Assembly: GCA_016748015.1 (NCBI GenBank)
Contig: JAAOMT010000219.1
Coordinates: forward strand, 176,436-240,435
Direction: 5' to 3'
Length of the DNA stretch: 64,000 nucleotides
Source of the DNA: Geosiphon pyriformis uo1
Lineage: Eukaryota; Fungi; Glomeromycota
Positions 41,401-54,983 of this stretch are shown in pieces. Position 1 is the stretch's first letter. Each line of letters begins with the position of its first letter. The position numbers and the translations under genes are program-made. Below the pieces are notes generated by a model, which was not told the origin of the DNA, ran no database searches, and was given only the letters and a program-made list of their open reading frames with translations.

Positions 41401-44400
41401 AGAAAAGAAAAGGAAAAGAACAAGAAGAAAAGCCAGCACAATCTATTACTCCTACATATGTCCCATATTCTACACAACTTCAGGTCACCTACCATTGACC
41501 TAAACTCATATGCATCATGTGCAACAAAAAATTGTCGGTGATGAGTGCATGTTGTGGTAATGATGAAAATTGGCAGACAGCAACACAATACTATTGGTGC
41601 TTATGCATCATTGAACATGATGGCCAACCACCAAAAGTAAAAAAATGGGACAATACGCCATGCTTAGCATGCGAAAAAACACTTCTGGATGAAGGAATGT
41701 GGAATAACATTCCAGGACGAGAAGGAATGTGTGATAAAACATATTAGTACACAATCCTAATAAACGATTGGGTATGAAAAGAAACCTTAATTGATGACGC
41801 ATGGAAACAAGCCTTAAGATATCTGGAAGGCTACCCACATAATGAACATGAGATCTGAAGAATGGCATATGTAATAGCAGAAGGAGCTACAGCTAATAAG
41901 TTACAGGAAATCAAAACCAATCTGTTATTCCTCCCAGAACCAGAATATGTTACAATGTTCAATGTTTTTGGCAATGTTAAGAACAATTCTGAGGAATTCC
42001 ATGAATATTACCAACAACTAGCACCCACAAGAGAAGAACAAGAAGAGTGATTAGCACAGCTAAACACTCGATTATGTGACCACTGTTTAATTCCATGTTA
42101 CTTTCAGTATTGTAATGAGTGTGACCTCATTTACAATCCACCACCACACATAATCTACATGATCTCTAAAAAAGAAGAACTAATCAGCAGCTGCACATCA
42201 AACTCAGAATCAATTTTCAATCCTGATTCAAACTCTGACAAGGATGACGATGAAAACACCAGTTCCAGCTTCATTCAAAATGGCATTAACAACGACAATG
42301 ATTCCAACTCAGATTTAAACTCCGATTTAAGCTACGAACAATATATTGTGCTCCCTGACCTCACCAAGAAGCAGGAACTTAAATGGTTTAGTGATAACAA
42401 TGAAGGTATTATGCCAAAACACATGCATGATACGGATGCTAGATTTGATCTGAGATACCCTGGAAAAGATACCATCAAATTGGAACCATATTCGCACATC
42501 TGCATTGATCTGAAAGTAGCTTTAAAAATTCCAGCAACAACAATGGTTCAACTAGTATTTAGAAGTAGTTTAGCGAAAAGAGAGATAAACATCAGAGAAA
42601 GAATAATTGATGCAGGATATGTAGGAAATATTATTGCTATGCTACAAAATAACTTAAAAAAGGCTTATATCATAGAGCCAAATGAAAAGATAGTACAGGC
42701 AATATTTTTGCCTTTAGTTAAAGTAGCCCAATTAGTGTCAATAGGAAATAGGGAGGAATTAGGGATAACAGCAAGAGGAATACAGGGATTTGGATTAATG
42801 GGTAGAATAGATATACTAGTTAATATAGCAAAAGAAGAAATTGTTAACCAAGGAGAAATTATCCCAATGGGTAAAGCAATTTCCATTCCACCATATGGCC
42901 AGTACATGGTAGAGATAAAACAGGAAGTAAAAGAACAAAATCAGATTTTTGAAGCAGAACCAACCCTTTGTAAATCAGGAAAGATTAGACTCATCAATCT
43001 CCATATATCAGCCAAAGATTACAACCACATCAAAATTCCCATCTATAATAACACAGAAAATATTATAGTAATACCAGCCAAAACCACTATTGAATACTTA
43101 AGCACTGAAATAGAGAATCAACCACCAAGCACCATTCCAGACTTTCTACAGTTTTGTAGATATGTTGATATCATATCACAAATAATATACGGATGAAGCA
43201 AATGTTATTTGCTCCAACCAGAGCAATTGGAACAAATGAACATGGGAAACTTAGACTCACTCCAACATATGCAGCTCAAGATGTTGCTCAACAATTTCAA
43301 TGACATTTTTACCAGTGAAAACGAGTTTGGCTGAACTGACATTATCCAACACCAGATCAAACTGGAGATACGATGCTGATTAAACAAAGAGCATACAGAG
43401 TGCCACCAACCAGCCATGAGATCATCCATCAAAAAATCAATTGAATGCTTGACAACGGGCTAATTCAGCCATTAATGAGTCCATAGTCATCACCAGTAGT
43501 ACTTGTCCATAAGAAAAATAGAAAAATCCGATTCTATGTAGACTACAAAAAATTCAATGGTGTAACTCATAGAGACAGCTATCCAATCCCAAGAATACAA
43601 GAATTGTTTGACGCTTTTGGCGAAAACAAATGGTTCTCAACATTAGACTTGGATAGTAGTTACTGGCAAATAGCCATGAATTCAGCTAACAAGGAAAAGA
43701 TGGCATTCACTATTAGAGAAGGGAATTTCGAATTTGAAGTAATGCCCTTTGGCTTAATCAATGCCCCAGCCATTTTTCAATGACTAATGAAAATCATTTA
43801 TACTGGCTTATTGTGGAAATCAGTAGTTGTATACTTGGATGACACCAATGTATTTTCAAAAACATTTGATGATCATTTTCATCATCTTCAACAAGTGTTT
43901 GAAAGGCTAAGAAGAGCAGGACTAAAGTTAAATGCAACAAAGTGCTTCTTTGGCAAGACAGAACTAAAATTTTTAGGACACATAGTCAGCAAAGATGGCA
44001 TCAAAACAGATCCAAAGAAAATAGAGATAGTAAAAAACTTTCCAGTACCAACCAATGTGACTGAATTGAAATCATTCTTGAGATTCGCAAGCTATTATCA
44101 ACACTTTATAAAGAACTTTTCAAAGATAGCTCAACTGCTCAATAATCTGCAAACCAAAAATACCAAATATGAATGGACAGAAAGTCAACAAGAAGCTTTT
44201 GATATTCTGAAAAAAAAGCTCATTTAAGCTCCAGTACTGATCTACCCAGATCACAACAAACCATTCATTATTACCATCAATGCATTAGGCCAAGCATTAG
44301 GAGCAGTACTATCTCAGAAGGGACCAGACGGCAGAGAACATCCAGTAGCATATGCCAGCCAAGGTCTAACACCAGCCGAAAAGAACTATGAAACACCAGA

Positions 44401-46109
44401 ACTAGAACATTTAACAATCTATTGGGCAGTTATGAAGTGGAACAAATACTTGAGCCAAAAGTTTGATATATACACGAATCATAAAGGATTAACATTACTT
44501 CAAAAGCAAGAATTTGATAATGGCCACCAATCCAGATAGAAAATGGCACTCTTATGATATACTTATATTATACACTATAAGAAAAGAAAAAACAATGAAA
44601 ATGCTGATGGTTTGTCACAAATAAGACAAATCTAAAAACATTTCAACCCAAAAATATAACAAAACCAGAACAATACTCATAAAAATATAACAAAAGATAA
44701 ACACACAAAAATATCAACAACTTTAACATTATATAAATACTCAACAGTTCAAGGAGAAATTATCTCAACCAGAACAAAAGAGAATCAAACAACAATCTAA
44801 ATATTTTATCACTTACCAAAATATACTTTATTGGAAAAATAGAAAAGATTCAGATCAACCAACCAGAGTAATTACAGAACCAGAAAAAGAGACAATATTG
44901 TTTAACATGCACTCAGATCCAACTGCAAGACATTTTCATAAAGAAGCAACCATAAAAAGAACCAGAAAGAGATACTATTGACCATCAATGTATTCAGATA
45001 TCATCTAATATGTGCAAAATTGTGATGCTTGTCAAAGAAGAGGAGGAACAAGACCCAGTGAACCAGTAAGACCAATCAAAGTGGGACAACCATTCAACTG
45101 TATTGGAATTGATTTAGTTGGACCATTAACAATCACCAGCAGAGGAAACAGATACATAGCAGTAGCCATGGACTATCTCACTAAATGGCCAGAGATGAAA
45201 ACAATTCAAAGAGCAGATGCAGAATTTGTTGCCAAATTCGTTCATCAAGAATTGATTTGTCAACATGGATGTCCAAAAGAATTATTATCAGACCAAGGAA
45301 TGCATTTTGTAAACAGAACATTAACAGAATTGAGCCAAAGATTTGGAATTAAGAAACTATTATTATCATTATACCATCTACAAACCAACAGATTAGTCAA
45401 AAGATTCAACAGAACATTGTATAAAACAATAGCTAAGCTCAGCCAAGAAAACCAGAACGATTGAGATTTGTTGATACCATCAGTACTATTTGCTTATTGG
45501 ACAATGAAGCAAAATACTACACAAGCAACACTATTTGAATTAGTATATGGTAGAACAGCAACACTACCAGTGGAAATAGAAGTCAGCACATACCCAACCA
45601 AACCAATAACAGAAGAGAATTTCAAAAATACATTGTTGAAAAGAACATATGATTTAATGAAAACATTAGAAAACAAATGACGAAGAGTAGCTGATAACAT
45701 ACAAAAGTCACAAAAGAAACAAAAAGAAATACATGATAACCAACTACCAGATAAACCAGTTAAATTTAGGATTGGAGACAAAGTATTACTACATCATACC
45801 AAAGCGGAAAAACAATAGAGTAAGAAATTTGACCCCAAATGGGACGGACCATTTCACATAGAAGAAATTCTAGGAAATAGAGCTTACAAATTAAGATTGA
45901 ATAACAAAATCTTGACCAAAGCAGTACATGGAGATTGATTGAAACCATACTACCATATAGTATATAGTATTATTATCCACTAGTAATATTCCACAATTAG
46001 GAGTACAGAAAATACTAGTCTAACTAAATAAGATTCCACGAGATCTGGAACCAATCATTATTATTGACAACAACATATCCAATTGATTGACAAAAGAATA
46101 TATAAGAAC

Positions 46110-46769
46110 ATGGGCGATGTAACAGAAGAGATCAGAAAAATAGAGATTACGGACAATATTCATTCACTAGCCCAACAAATTTTTCAATTAATTCAACACC
46201 AAGAGATGGAAATTACCATCAATTAACAAACTATTTGTTACAAAAATACAGCAAAGATACTACAAAACAAAGCACAGAAAAGACTTGAAAATGTGGTTAA
46301 CAAGATCATAACCAAGATAAAATTGGCCTTGAAAGAACAACAAATGGTCAGATTACACCAAAAACTTACCAGAAAAACTTGGACTTGGTGGATACAACAA
46401 TTTCCAAAAAACTATTGTTATTTTTACTTGGGACAACATGTAAATATCTAGAACTTGTACACCAACAAAACAAAATGGTTATTCGACACCACAATACTGG
46501 AACAACTAGAACAATTTGTGGGAAAGAACAATCTAACCACACAAGCTCGAGCCATTTACTGGCTATATATGGGATTTCAAGACCAACCAGAAATCTTATT
46601 CAACACAGTAATGGATACAGTTACGAGTAATCAATTAGGAAAAATAATTAATGCCCAATTTGAAGAACTACAAAATAAAATAACACAAGTAATACTCAAA
46701 AAAGAAGTTCAAGAAATAATTCAAGAAGGGGAATTAAAAGAATTAGATTTCAATAGAGCTCAATATTAA
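46110..46769 (+). pseudogene. ORF3 of Gypsy element A (~219 codons, unknown function), between integrase and PPT
   Basis: MGDVTEEIRKIEITDNIHSLAQQIF..TWTWWIQQFPKNYCYFYLG..ELDFNRAQY* with two premature stops. A homologue in element B spans ~50410-50835 plus 51875-52103. Confidence 0.75.
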
Positions 46770-46782
46770 AAGGAGGGGATAA

Positions 46783-47645
46783 TGTTACTCATAGAATATA
46801 AGAAATATAGTATTATTAGTCAGTAAATATTAGCCAATCAGAGGTAGACGTAGTAAATGTGGAATTCCAGAATTTCTTTTAGAGGAATTGCAGGATTCCA
46901 GGAATTTCAGGATTCTCTGATGAGGAATTGCAAGATTCCAGAATTCCAGGATTCCTCTCATCAGGAATTGCAGGATTTCTGTTGCAAAGAATTGAGGAAT
47001 TGAGGAATCTCAATTATGTATATATAGCAGTAGGATTAGAAGCTGAAAAAACAGACCTCTTAGTTTAGATTTAATCTAAGCAACATCCCAGTTCCCAATC
47101 ATTAAATAAATAATTATTCCATATCTTAACCCACTCTCCACTATCAACACTTCATGTTGATAGTAATTGATACTTAACTACACTGGAACAATAGCTTTTG
47201 ATCACAGCTATTGATAAAATACTAATGTAACAAATTGCCTTGATGTATTTTCTCTATTTTTTTTATTTTATTTTTTCTTTCTTTCTTTGATTTTGTTGTT
47301 GTATACTAATTGATTAAAAAGATTAAGCACTGAGTTATTGACATCAAGGATAGCCTGGTAAAAGACCCAGAAATAAGGATAGGATTTTTATATATTATCA
47401 AATAGCTTACCAGAAGGGCACAACTGCCAGACTAAATCCGGCCACCACGTTAAGAAAAAAATTGGAAAAACTCTTGGAAAGATACATCTACTATTGACAC
47501 TATTGAATCTCTGTCTATTATACAAAGAACTCCATCAAAACCTTCAGATACAACATTTACAGAACATCATCAATGGAAGTAGCTTTTGAGCACCAAGTTA
47601 CGAGTTTGTTATTCAATTCAACAGCAGAAATAATCACCTATAATA
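46783..47645 (+). repeat. LTR (family 1), 3' LTR of element A, preceded by PPT AAAAGGAGGGGA (46768-46779)
   Basis: Starts TGTTAC; end decayed to TATAATA (from TGTAACA); homologous to the other family 1 LTRs. Confidence 0.9.
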
Positions 47646-47649
47646 TCGT

Positions 47650-47875
47650 ACCAAGAGAATCATTAACCATCAAGCTGAGCAAGCAATTAATAAAACTACG
47701 GTTTTAGTAAACTACTGATAAACTGTTACCATTGAATCTCTGTCCATTATACAAAGAACTCAATTGGAAAACTTTCAAATAAAATACCTTCAGATTATCA
47801 TCGTCACTAATCGCTTTGAGCACCAAGTTACAGATTTGTTATTCACTTACAATCCCCAAAGAATCACCTGTAACA
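47650..47875 (+). repeat. 3' fragment of another family 1 LTR
   Basis: Matches the last ~230 bp of LTR 37638-38438, ends TGTAACA, and abuts the RT of element B. Confidence 0.85.
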
Positions 47876-50800
47876 CTGAAAAGTGAATGGAGTAACCAAA
47901 GGAAATAGTTACCTAACACCAAAGATTCAAGAACTGTTTGATGCTTTTGGAGAAAAAAAATGGTTCTCAACTTTAGACTTGGACAGCAGTTACTGACAAG
48001 TAGCCATGAAACCAGAAGATAAAAAAAAAACAGCTTTTACAACACAGGAAGGGAATTTTGAGTTCAAAGTCATGCCATTTGGCTTGATGAATGTTTCAGC
48101 AACATTTCAATGACTTATGGAAATTGTTTATACTGGACTACTGTGGAAATCAGTAGTTGTTTACTTAGATAACACCAATGTGTTCTCCAAAACATTTAAT
48201 AATTATTTATATCATTTCCAACAAGTATTTGAAAGACTCAGATAAGCAGAATTAAAATTAAATGCAAACAAATGCTTCTTTGGAAAAACAGAACTCAAGT
48301 TTTTGGGACATGTTGTGAGCAAAAATAGTATCAAAACAAATTCAGATAAGATTGCAATAGTAAAGAACTTTCCAGTACCAACCAATTTAACAGAACTAAG
48401 AGCATTTTTGGGATTCACAGACTATTATCATTGTTTTATCAAGAACTTTTTTAAACTGGCTCAGCCACTCTATCATTTACAAACTAAAAATGTAAAGTAT
48501 AAATGGACAAAAGCCCAACAAAAAATGTTTAACACACTGAAAAAAAAGCTTATTCAAGCTCCAGTATTAATGTATCCAGATTACAGCAAACTATTTATTA
48601 TTACCACCAATGCATCAGGCCAAACATTGAGAACAGTACTATTACAGAAAAGACTAGATAGAAGAAAACATTCAGTAGCTTATGCCAGTAGAAGCTTAAG
48701 TCCAGCAAAAAAAAACTATGAAACACTAGTATTAAAACACTTAGCAATCTATTGGGCAATCATAAAATAGAAAGAATATTTGAGTCAAAAGTTTAATGTA
48801 TACATAGATCATAAAAGATTAACTTCAATCCAGAAACAAGAATTTGCCAGATGATCACCATGCCAGATGGAAAATAGAACTTTTACCATTTAATTATACA
48901 GTACATTATAAAAAAAGAAAAAAAAAATAGAAATGCTGATGGATTGTCACAAATGAAACAAATCTAAAAACATTTCAACCCAAAAATATAACAAAAGATG
49001 AATATACAAAAATACCAACAACTTCAACATTATATAAATACCTAATTGTTTAAGAAAAAATTATCTCAAAAAGAACAAAACAACATAAAACAGCAAGCAA
49101 AATATTTTATCAATCTTCAAAATATACTTTACCAGAAGAATAAAAGAAATCCAGATCAACCAACTAGAGTAATTACAGAACCAGAAAAAGAAACAATATT
49201 GTTTAACATGTATTTAGATCCAACAGCAGAATGTTTTTATAAAGAAGCAGTCATAAAAAAAACCAGAAAAAGATACTATTGGCCATTTATGTATTCAGAT
49301 ATCATCCAATATGTTCAAAATTGTGATGCTTATTAAAGAAGAGAAGAAACAAAACCTAGTGAACCATTGAGACCAATCAAAGTAGAACAACTATTTAACC
49401 ACATCGGAATTAACTTAGTTGAACCAATAACAATTACCAACAGAGACAACAGATATATGGCAATAGCCATGAATTATCTTACAAAATGGCCAAAAGCAAA
49501 AGCCATTTAAAGAGCAAATGCAGAATTTGTTGCTGAATTCATTTATCAAAATTTGATCTGTCAACATGGATATCCAAAAAAATTGCTATTGGATTAAGGA
49601 ACTCACTTTGTGAATAGAACATTAACAGAATTAAGTTAAAGATTTGGGATAAAAAGACCATTATCATCACCATACCATCTACAAACAAATGGGTTAGTTG
49701 AAAGGTTTAACAAAACATTGTGTGAAGCCATTGCCAAAATCAGCCAAAAAAACCAGGATAAATGAAACTTGATTATACCATCAGTATTATTTGCTTATCA
49801 AACAATAAAACAAGACACTACACAAGAAACACTATTTGAATTAGTATACAGTAGAACAGTAACATTACCAGTTGAGATAAAAGTCAAGACATATTCAACA
49901 GAACCAATAACAGAAGAGAATTTTCAAAGAACATTGTTGAAAAGAACATATGACTTAATAGAGACACTAAAAAGCACATGGCAAAAAGTAGCTAATAACA
50001 TCTAAAAGTCACAAGAAAAACAAAAAAAAAGATACAATAACCAACTATCAGAGAAACCAGTTGAATTCAAGATTGGAAACAAAGTATTTTTACATTATAC
50101 AAAAGCGGAAAAACAATGGAGTGGAAAATTTGACCCCAAATAGGACAAACCATTTCACATAGAAGAAATTCTTGGAAATGGAGCTTATAAATTAAGGTTG
50201 AACAACAAAATCTTAACCAAAGCAGCACATGGTGATTGACTGAAACAATATTACTATATAATATCATTATTTATTAGTAATATTCTACAATTAGAAGTAC
50301 AAAAAATACTAGTCAAACCAGATGAGATTTCATGAAATCTAAAACCAATTATAATTATTGAACCAAACACATAAAATTAGACAACCAAAAAAAATATATA
50401 AAGACACAGTATACGTGACAAAAGACAGCAGAAAATAGAGATTACTAACAGCATTCACTCACTAACACAGCAACTTTTTCGACTAATACAACAACAAGAA
50501 ATGGAAATTACAATCAACCAACAAATTATCAGATACACAAACACCAGAAAAAGAACACGAGATAAAACACAGAGAAAAACAGAAAACACTGTTAACAAAA
50601 TAATTGCAAAAGTAAAACTGGCAATAGAAACACAACCAGAAGTAATCCAATATCAAGAATTGAATATAAAAACTTGGAATTGGTGGATATAACAATTTCC
50701 AAGAAACTTTTGTTACTTTTATTTGAGACAACACTTGAACATCCAGGGCTTATATATGGATAAAACAAAATAATTATTTAACACAACCATATTGCAACAA

Positions 50801-52919
50801 CTGGAACAATTTGTGGGGAAGAACAATTTGACCACTGTTATCAGAGGTTTTTGGTCTCTTTTCTTAAATGTTGTAACTGTCTGTTGGTTGCAAATTCATG
50901 TTTTTTAGAAGTAGTTGAACCTCCAATAACTGAATTTATTTTTAAATTATTTCCTATAATTTGAACTGCTGGGCTTATAAGTGGAATGGCCAATTCTATG
51001 CCAGTTGCTTTGTGTAGTTACATCGTAGTAAATGTTAACTCTTTCTCAGAAATTGCTTGTTTGGAAGCTCACTAAAAATGTGTAGTTACTTTGCTGTGAA
51101 AGTCAACTTTTCTACAAAAATCTTGTCTGTAGGCTACCCTAATGATTGTAATAAGAAAATAAAAGAAAAATAAAAGAAATGTAAAAGAAATAGGATTTTA
51201 TCAAGGGAAACGTTTTCTATCCAGATCTGGAGTCACTAACAGATTACTGAAATTGGTAGCTAATCAATTTCAAAATGTTAGTTGTGTTGAGGGAATTTCA
51301 AGTATAATAATTTTAAGGATTTGGTTTCTGAATATTTTAATTTTTATTTGATTTTGTAAAAGGTGATTTGTTTCAATTAAGATATTTGAAGTAAGTTACT
51401 ATGGTAAGATACTATGAGAAGATACATTTTTTTGAAGAAAAAAGCTCTTCTTTTATACAACTTGTTGTAGTACTAGTCTATGAACTTGCACTTTTTCTCT
51501 TTGCTCAAATTTCAGCAAACTAAAGATATATTTTGATGAACTACAAGTTATTTCACTGAACTATTGATTAATTTGGGTAAACTATTCATAATTTCGGCGA
51601 ATTTCTATAAATTTCGGCGAATTTCTTATAAATTTCGGCGAATTTCTGTAAATTTCGGCGAATTTTAGAATGTTACAAAGTTCAGGGTATTGTGTAATTT
51701 GATTATCTTACTTTGTGTTATACTAATTGGATTATTTAATTGAATCGTGATATGTGATAATTGATTAAATAATAAATGATAATTTGAAATGATATTAATA
51801 TACTAATTAATTATAGGAATTATAAGGGTAATTTTCCTGCTAATTAATAGCTAAAATTCTACTGATAACATCACACAAGCAAAAGCCATCTATTGGCTAC
51901 ATACCAGATTTCAAGATCGACCAGAAATCTTACTCAATCCAGAAATAAACTCCATTACCATTAACCAGATGAGAAAAATAACAAATACTTAATTTGAAGA
52001 ATTACAGAACAAGATAGCACAAGTAATTCTTGAAAAAGAAATTCAAGAAATACTCAAAGACAGAGAATTAGAATTAGAAGATTTTAACAGAGCTCAATAT
52101 TAAAGAGGAGGAAATAATGTTACTTATAGAATATAGGAAGTATATTAGCATATAAATTAGCCAATCAGAAGTAGCTGTAGTAAATGTGGAATTTCAAGAA
52201 TTTCAGGATTCTTGTACAAGGAATTACAGGATTTCAGAATTCCTTTTAGAGGAATTGCAGAATTCCAAAAATTCCAGGATTCTTGGTGTGAAAAATTGAG
52301 AAATTAAGGAATCTCAATTATGTATATATAGCAGTAGCATTAGAAGTAGAAAAGACAGATCTCTCAGTTTAGATTTAATCTAAGCAACCTTTCCTTTCAC
52401 CAAATAAATAATTGTTTACTATCTCAATTTACTCTCCACTATTAACACTTTATGTTGATAGTAATTAATATTTAACCACACTAGAACAATAGCTCTTGAT
52501 CATGGCTATTGACAGAATACTAACTATTATCATCTTGGCTTACTTCTAATTGCTTATTTTTTTTTTATTTTTTTTTATTTTCTTTATTGTTATTTACTAA
52601 TTGATTAAAGGAAAAGCACTAAAATAAAAACATCATAGGGACTGGTAAAAGACCTGTAAAACAAGAGTAGAACACTCATAGATTTGAGGATAGCTTACCA
52701 GGAGGATTACTGGCCACCACACTAAGAAAAAAATTTGATGGAATTGTAATTCTAGAAGGCTACTGAAACAACCATTGAATCTCTGTCTATTATATAAAAA
52801 ACTCCAAAACAAAACCTTCAAATTAACCAAACCTTCAAATATCAACTCCATTATATCAATTGAGCACCAAGTTATGAGTTTGTTATTTAATTTGAGACCC
52901 CAAATAATCATCTGTAACA
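47876..52919 (+). mobile_element. Ty3/Gypsy element B, 3' half (RT-RNase H / integrase / ORF3 / PPT / 3' LTR 52118-52919)
   Basis: Colinear paralogue of element A from within RT onward. Its ORF3 is interrupted by a solo LTR. Confidence 0.92.
50836..51870 (-). mobile_element. Solo LTR (family 2), 1035 bp, inserted in ORF3 of element B
   Basis: Terminal inverted repeats TGTTATCAG..CTGATAACA; 4-bp TSD ccac/tcac; the host ORF resumes after it; homologous to 58643-59566. Confidence 0.9.
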
Positions 52920-52923
52920 TCAT

Positions 52924-54983
52924 ATAATTTTCTTAGTAAGGCTTTGTATTATTTATTTTTGTATAGTCTAAAGTCTTTTAAGCAAATATAATCCAAAGAA
53001 AAATAGTATTATTAATTGTTTTTTCTAATATATTGAATATTCTTGAGCTTTTGTTTAAACATAAGTTCTTGAATTTGCAGATTTTGGGGTAGTTTTTTTT
53101 AAATTTTCTGTAGTTTTTTGTTAAGTTACATGTTAATTAGTAAACAATTTTTTGGCTGAAGTAGTAAAGATTTTTTTGAACAATAATTTATTTTTAGTAA
53201 ACAATTTGCCCAATGTATTTTGTGGTTCTGGTAAATTTTCAATGTTGAATATTTTGAGAAAATTTTTGTATTATAGCTCTGTTTTTTCTTTAAAGTAGTT
53301 TGGAGTGGCTTTTGATAACAAATTTTTAGACAAAAAAAAGGATGTGATAAGTTGAAAAACGTTTTGTCAATAAAAAAAATTGGATCCAAAGAGCTTTGTG
53401 TCTTATTAGTTCAAGCTAATATCTAAATTTTTAATTAATAAAAGTTCTTTAGTAATTGATTCTACTAATGTTGGTAAATTACTTGGCTTAAATATTTTGA
53501 TATCTAAAGAGTTTTTTAATATGCAGAAAGACTTGCTTAAGATTTGGTCTGATTTTATTAAGACTTATACAAATAGTTTTTTAAAATATGCTGGTTTTGT
53601 TAAAATCACTAGTACAACAACTGCCTACTTTTTGGCTATAAATATAAGTATTAATGTTAAGATACATGGACTTCTGTTTTCTACAATGACCAAGTTATAG
53701 ACTATTGTATTGTTCTTAAAATATGTTCTGTTTTTTTGTATAATAATTGTATATTTAGATAGCCAATCTATTATTAATGTATATGTTTCTAAAATTTCAC
53801 TTGTTGTATCAAACTTTTGTAATTAATATTAGATGAAAAGAAAGCATATTGCTAATTTGATTAAGGATAAAAATTTTTCTGTTATATGAGTAAAGATTAA
53901 AGATTATTCAGATATTTTAGACAATGTTCAAGCTAATATAATAACAAATAAGACTACTTACTTTCTTTTTTTTCTGTCAATTGGAGTTCAGAAACATTTT
54001 ATGATGACTAAAAATACAGTTGTATCTGAAAATACTTGTCATTTTGTTTGTAATTTGTACAAGTTTATTTGTTATGCTTAATTAAAGACTGGCTTTGGTT
54101 ATGATGTAATTCCAAGTGTACTAATAAAAAAAGTAGATTAGTTAGCTACTATGAAAGTCTGGCATCTTAACTTACATATGCTTTTTGGGTTTATTAGTAA
54201 AAAGTTTGCAAATTAGCATATGTATTTAATAAAGACTGTATATAAATAACTATTAGTAACAATAAAAAAGAGATTATATAATAAGATATATTTTGGTGTA
54301 CTGTATTTACTGTGTAGTAAAGTGGAATTATCTGATCATGTTTTTGCTTGTGTTGAAGATGGTAATATTTAAAAGAAAATTTTGGCAGAAGCTTTCAAAA
54401 AATATATGTTATTAGTAAATGCTCATTATCTATTTTTTATTGCTATTTTGTAAATACTTTTTCAGTATTTATTAAATATGAGTTTATATATAATAATTTG
54501 TAAAAAATTTGTGATAAAAGACTGGTATGTTGAAGCTGTTATAATTTTTAATAGGAGAGTAAAAGCAGCTTTTGTTTTTATTAAATATATAAAATATTTG
54601 ATGAAATTGTATTAGACTAAGATATGACTTATAAAATTAAAACATAAAATGAATATAAAAAAAACAAGGTTGGTTAAAAATAGTAGCATAGTTTTAGGTT
54701 TGTCTTATTATATGGTATTTATATTGTCAGATAAGATGATTTGGTTGCTTGATTTAATAGAGTCTTTTATAATTAATTTTAATAAATATAAACAATATCT
54801 TTTTTTTCTGGTTTGAATAAAAATACATATATTAATATAAACATTTAGTATTGTTTTGCCTGATCTGAATGACTAGTCATATATAGTAAAAGCATAAACT
54901 ACATTTAATTTAAGTCATTTAGTCTGGTTTTATATACTAAATAACAGTTGGATTTTACTTATTAAATGTTTAATAAAAAAAAA
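52924..54983 (+). mobile_element. Highly decayed LINE 3' fragment (RNase H, Zn finger, 3' tail, poly-A)
   Basis: Paralogous to the minus-strand LINE (LYSLKSFKQ, TYTNSFLK, LLCSKVELSDHVFAC); shared tail motif and A-run at 54975-54983. Confidence 0.82.

Larger units (their letters stand above)
37638..47645 (+). mobile_element. Ty3/Gypsy element A (degenerate): LTR-PBS-gag-PR-dUTPase-RT-RNase H / integrase / ORF3-PPT-LTR
   Basis: Gag 39421-40068 plus knuckle CHNCSKQGHIRADC; protease LILNSGSAGS; dUTPase RSSLA/IIDAGYVG/RGIQGFG; RT MPFGL..YLDD; RNase H VAYAS; integrase CDACQR..GIDLVGP..SDQG..WDGPF. Flanks are tcat/tcgt. Confidence 0.93.

Noticed and set aside
45800-46086. Chromodomain at the integrase C-terminus
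   Set aside because: After the GPF motif only a short tail ending EPIIIID is seen, with no chromodomain signature in A, B or D.
46110-46769. Retroviral env gene
   Set aside because: Short, with no evident signal peptide, furin site or transmembrane anchor.
50836-51870. DNA transposon/MITE (has terminal inverted repeats)
   Set aside because: TG..CA ends, a 4-bp TSD and homology to the terminal repeat of Gypsy element D identify it as a solo LTR.
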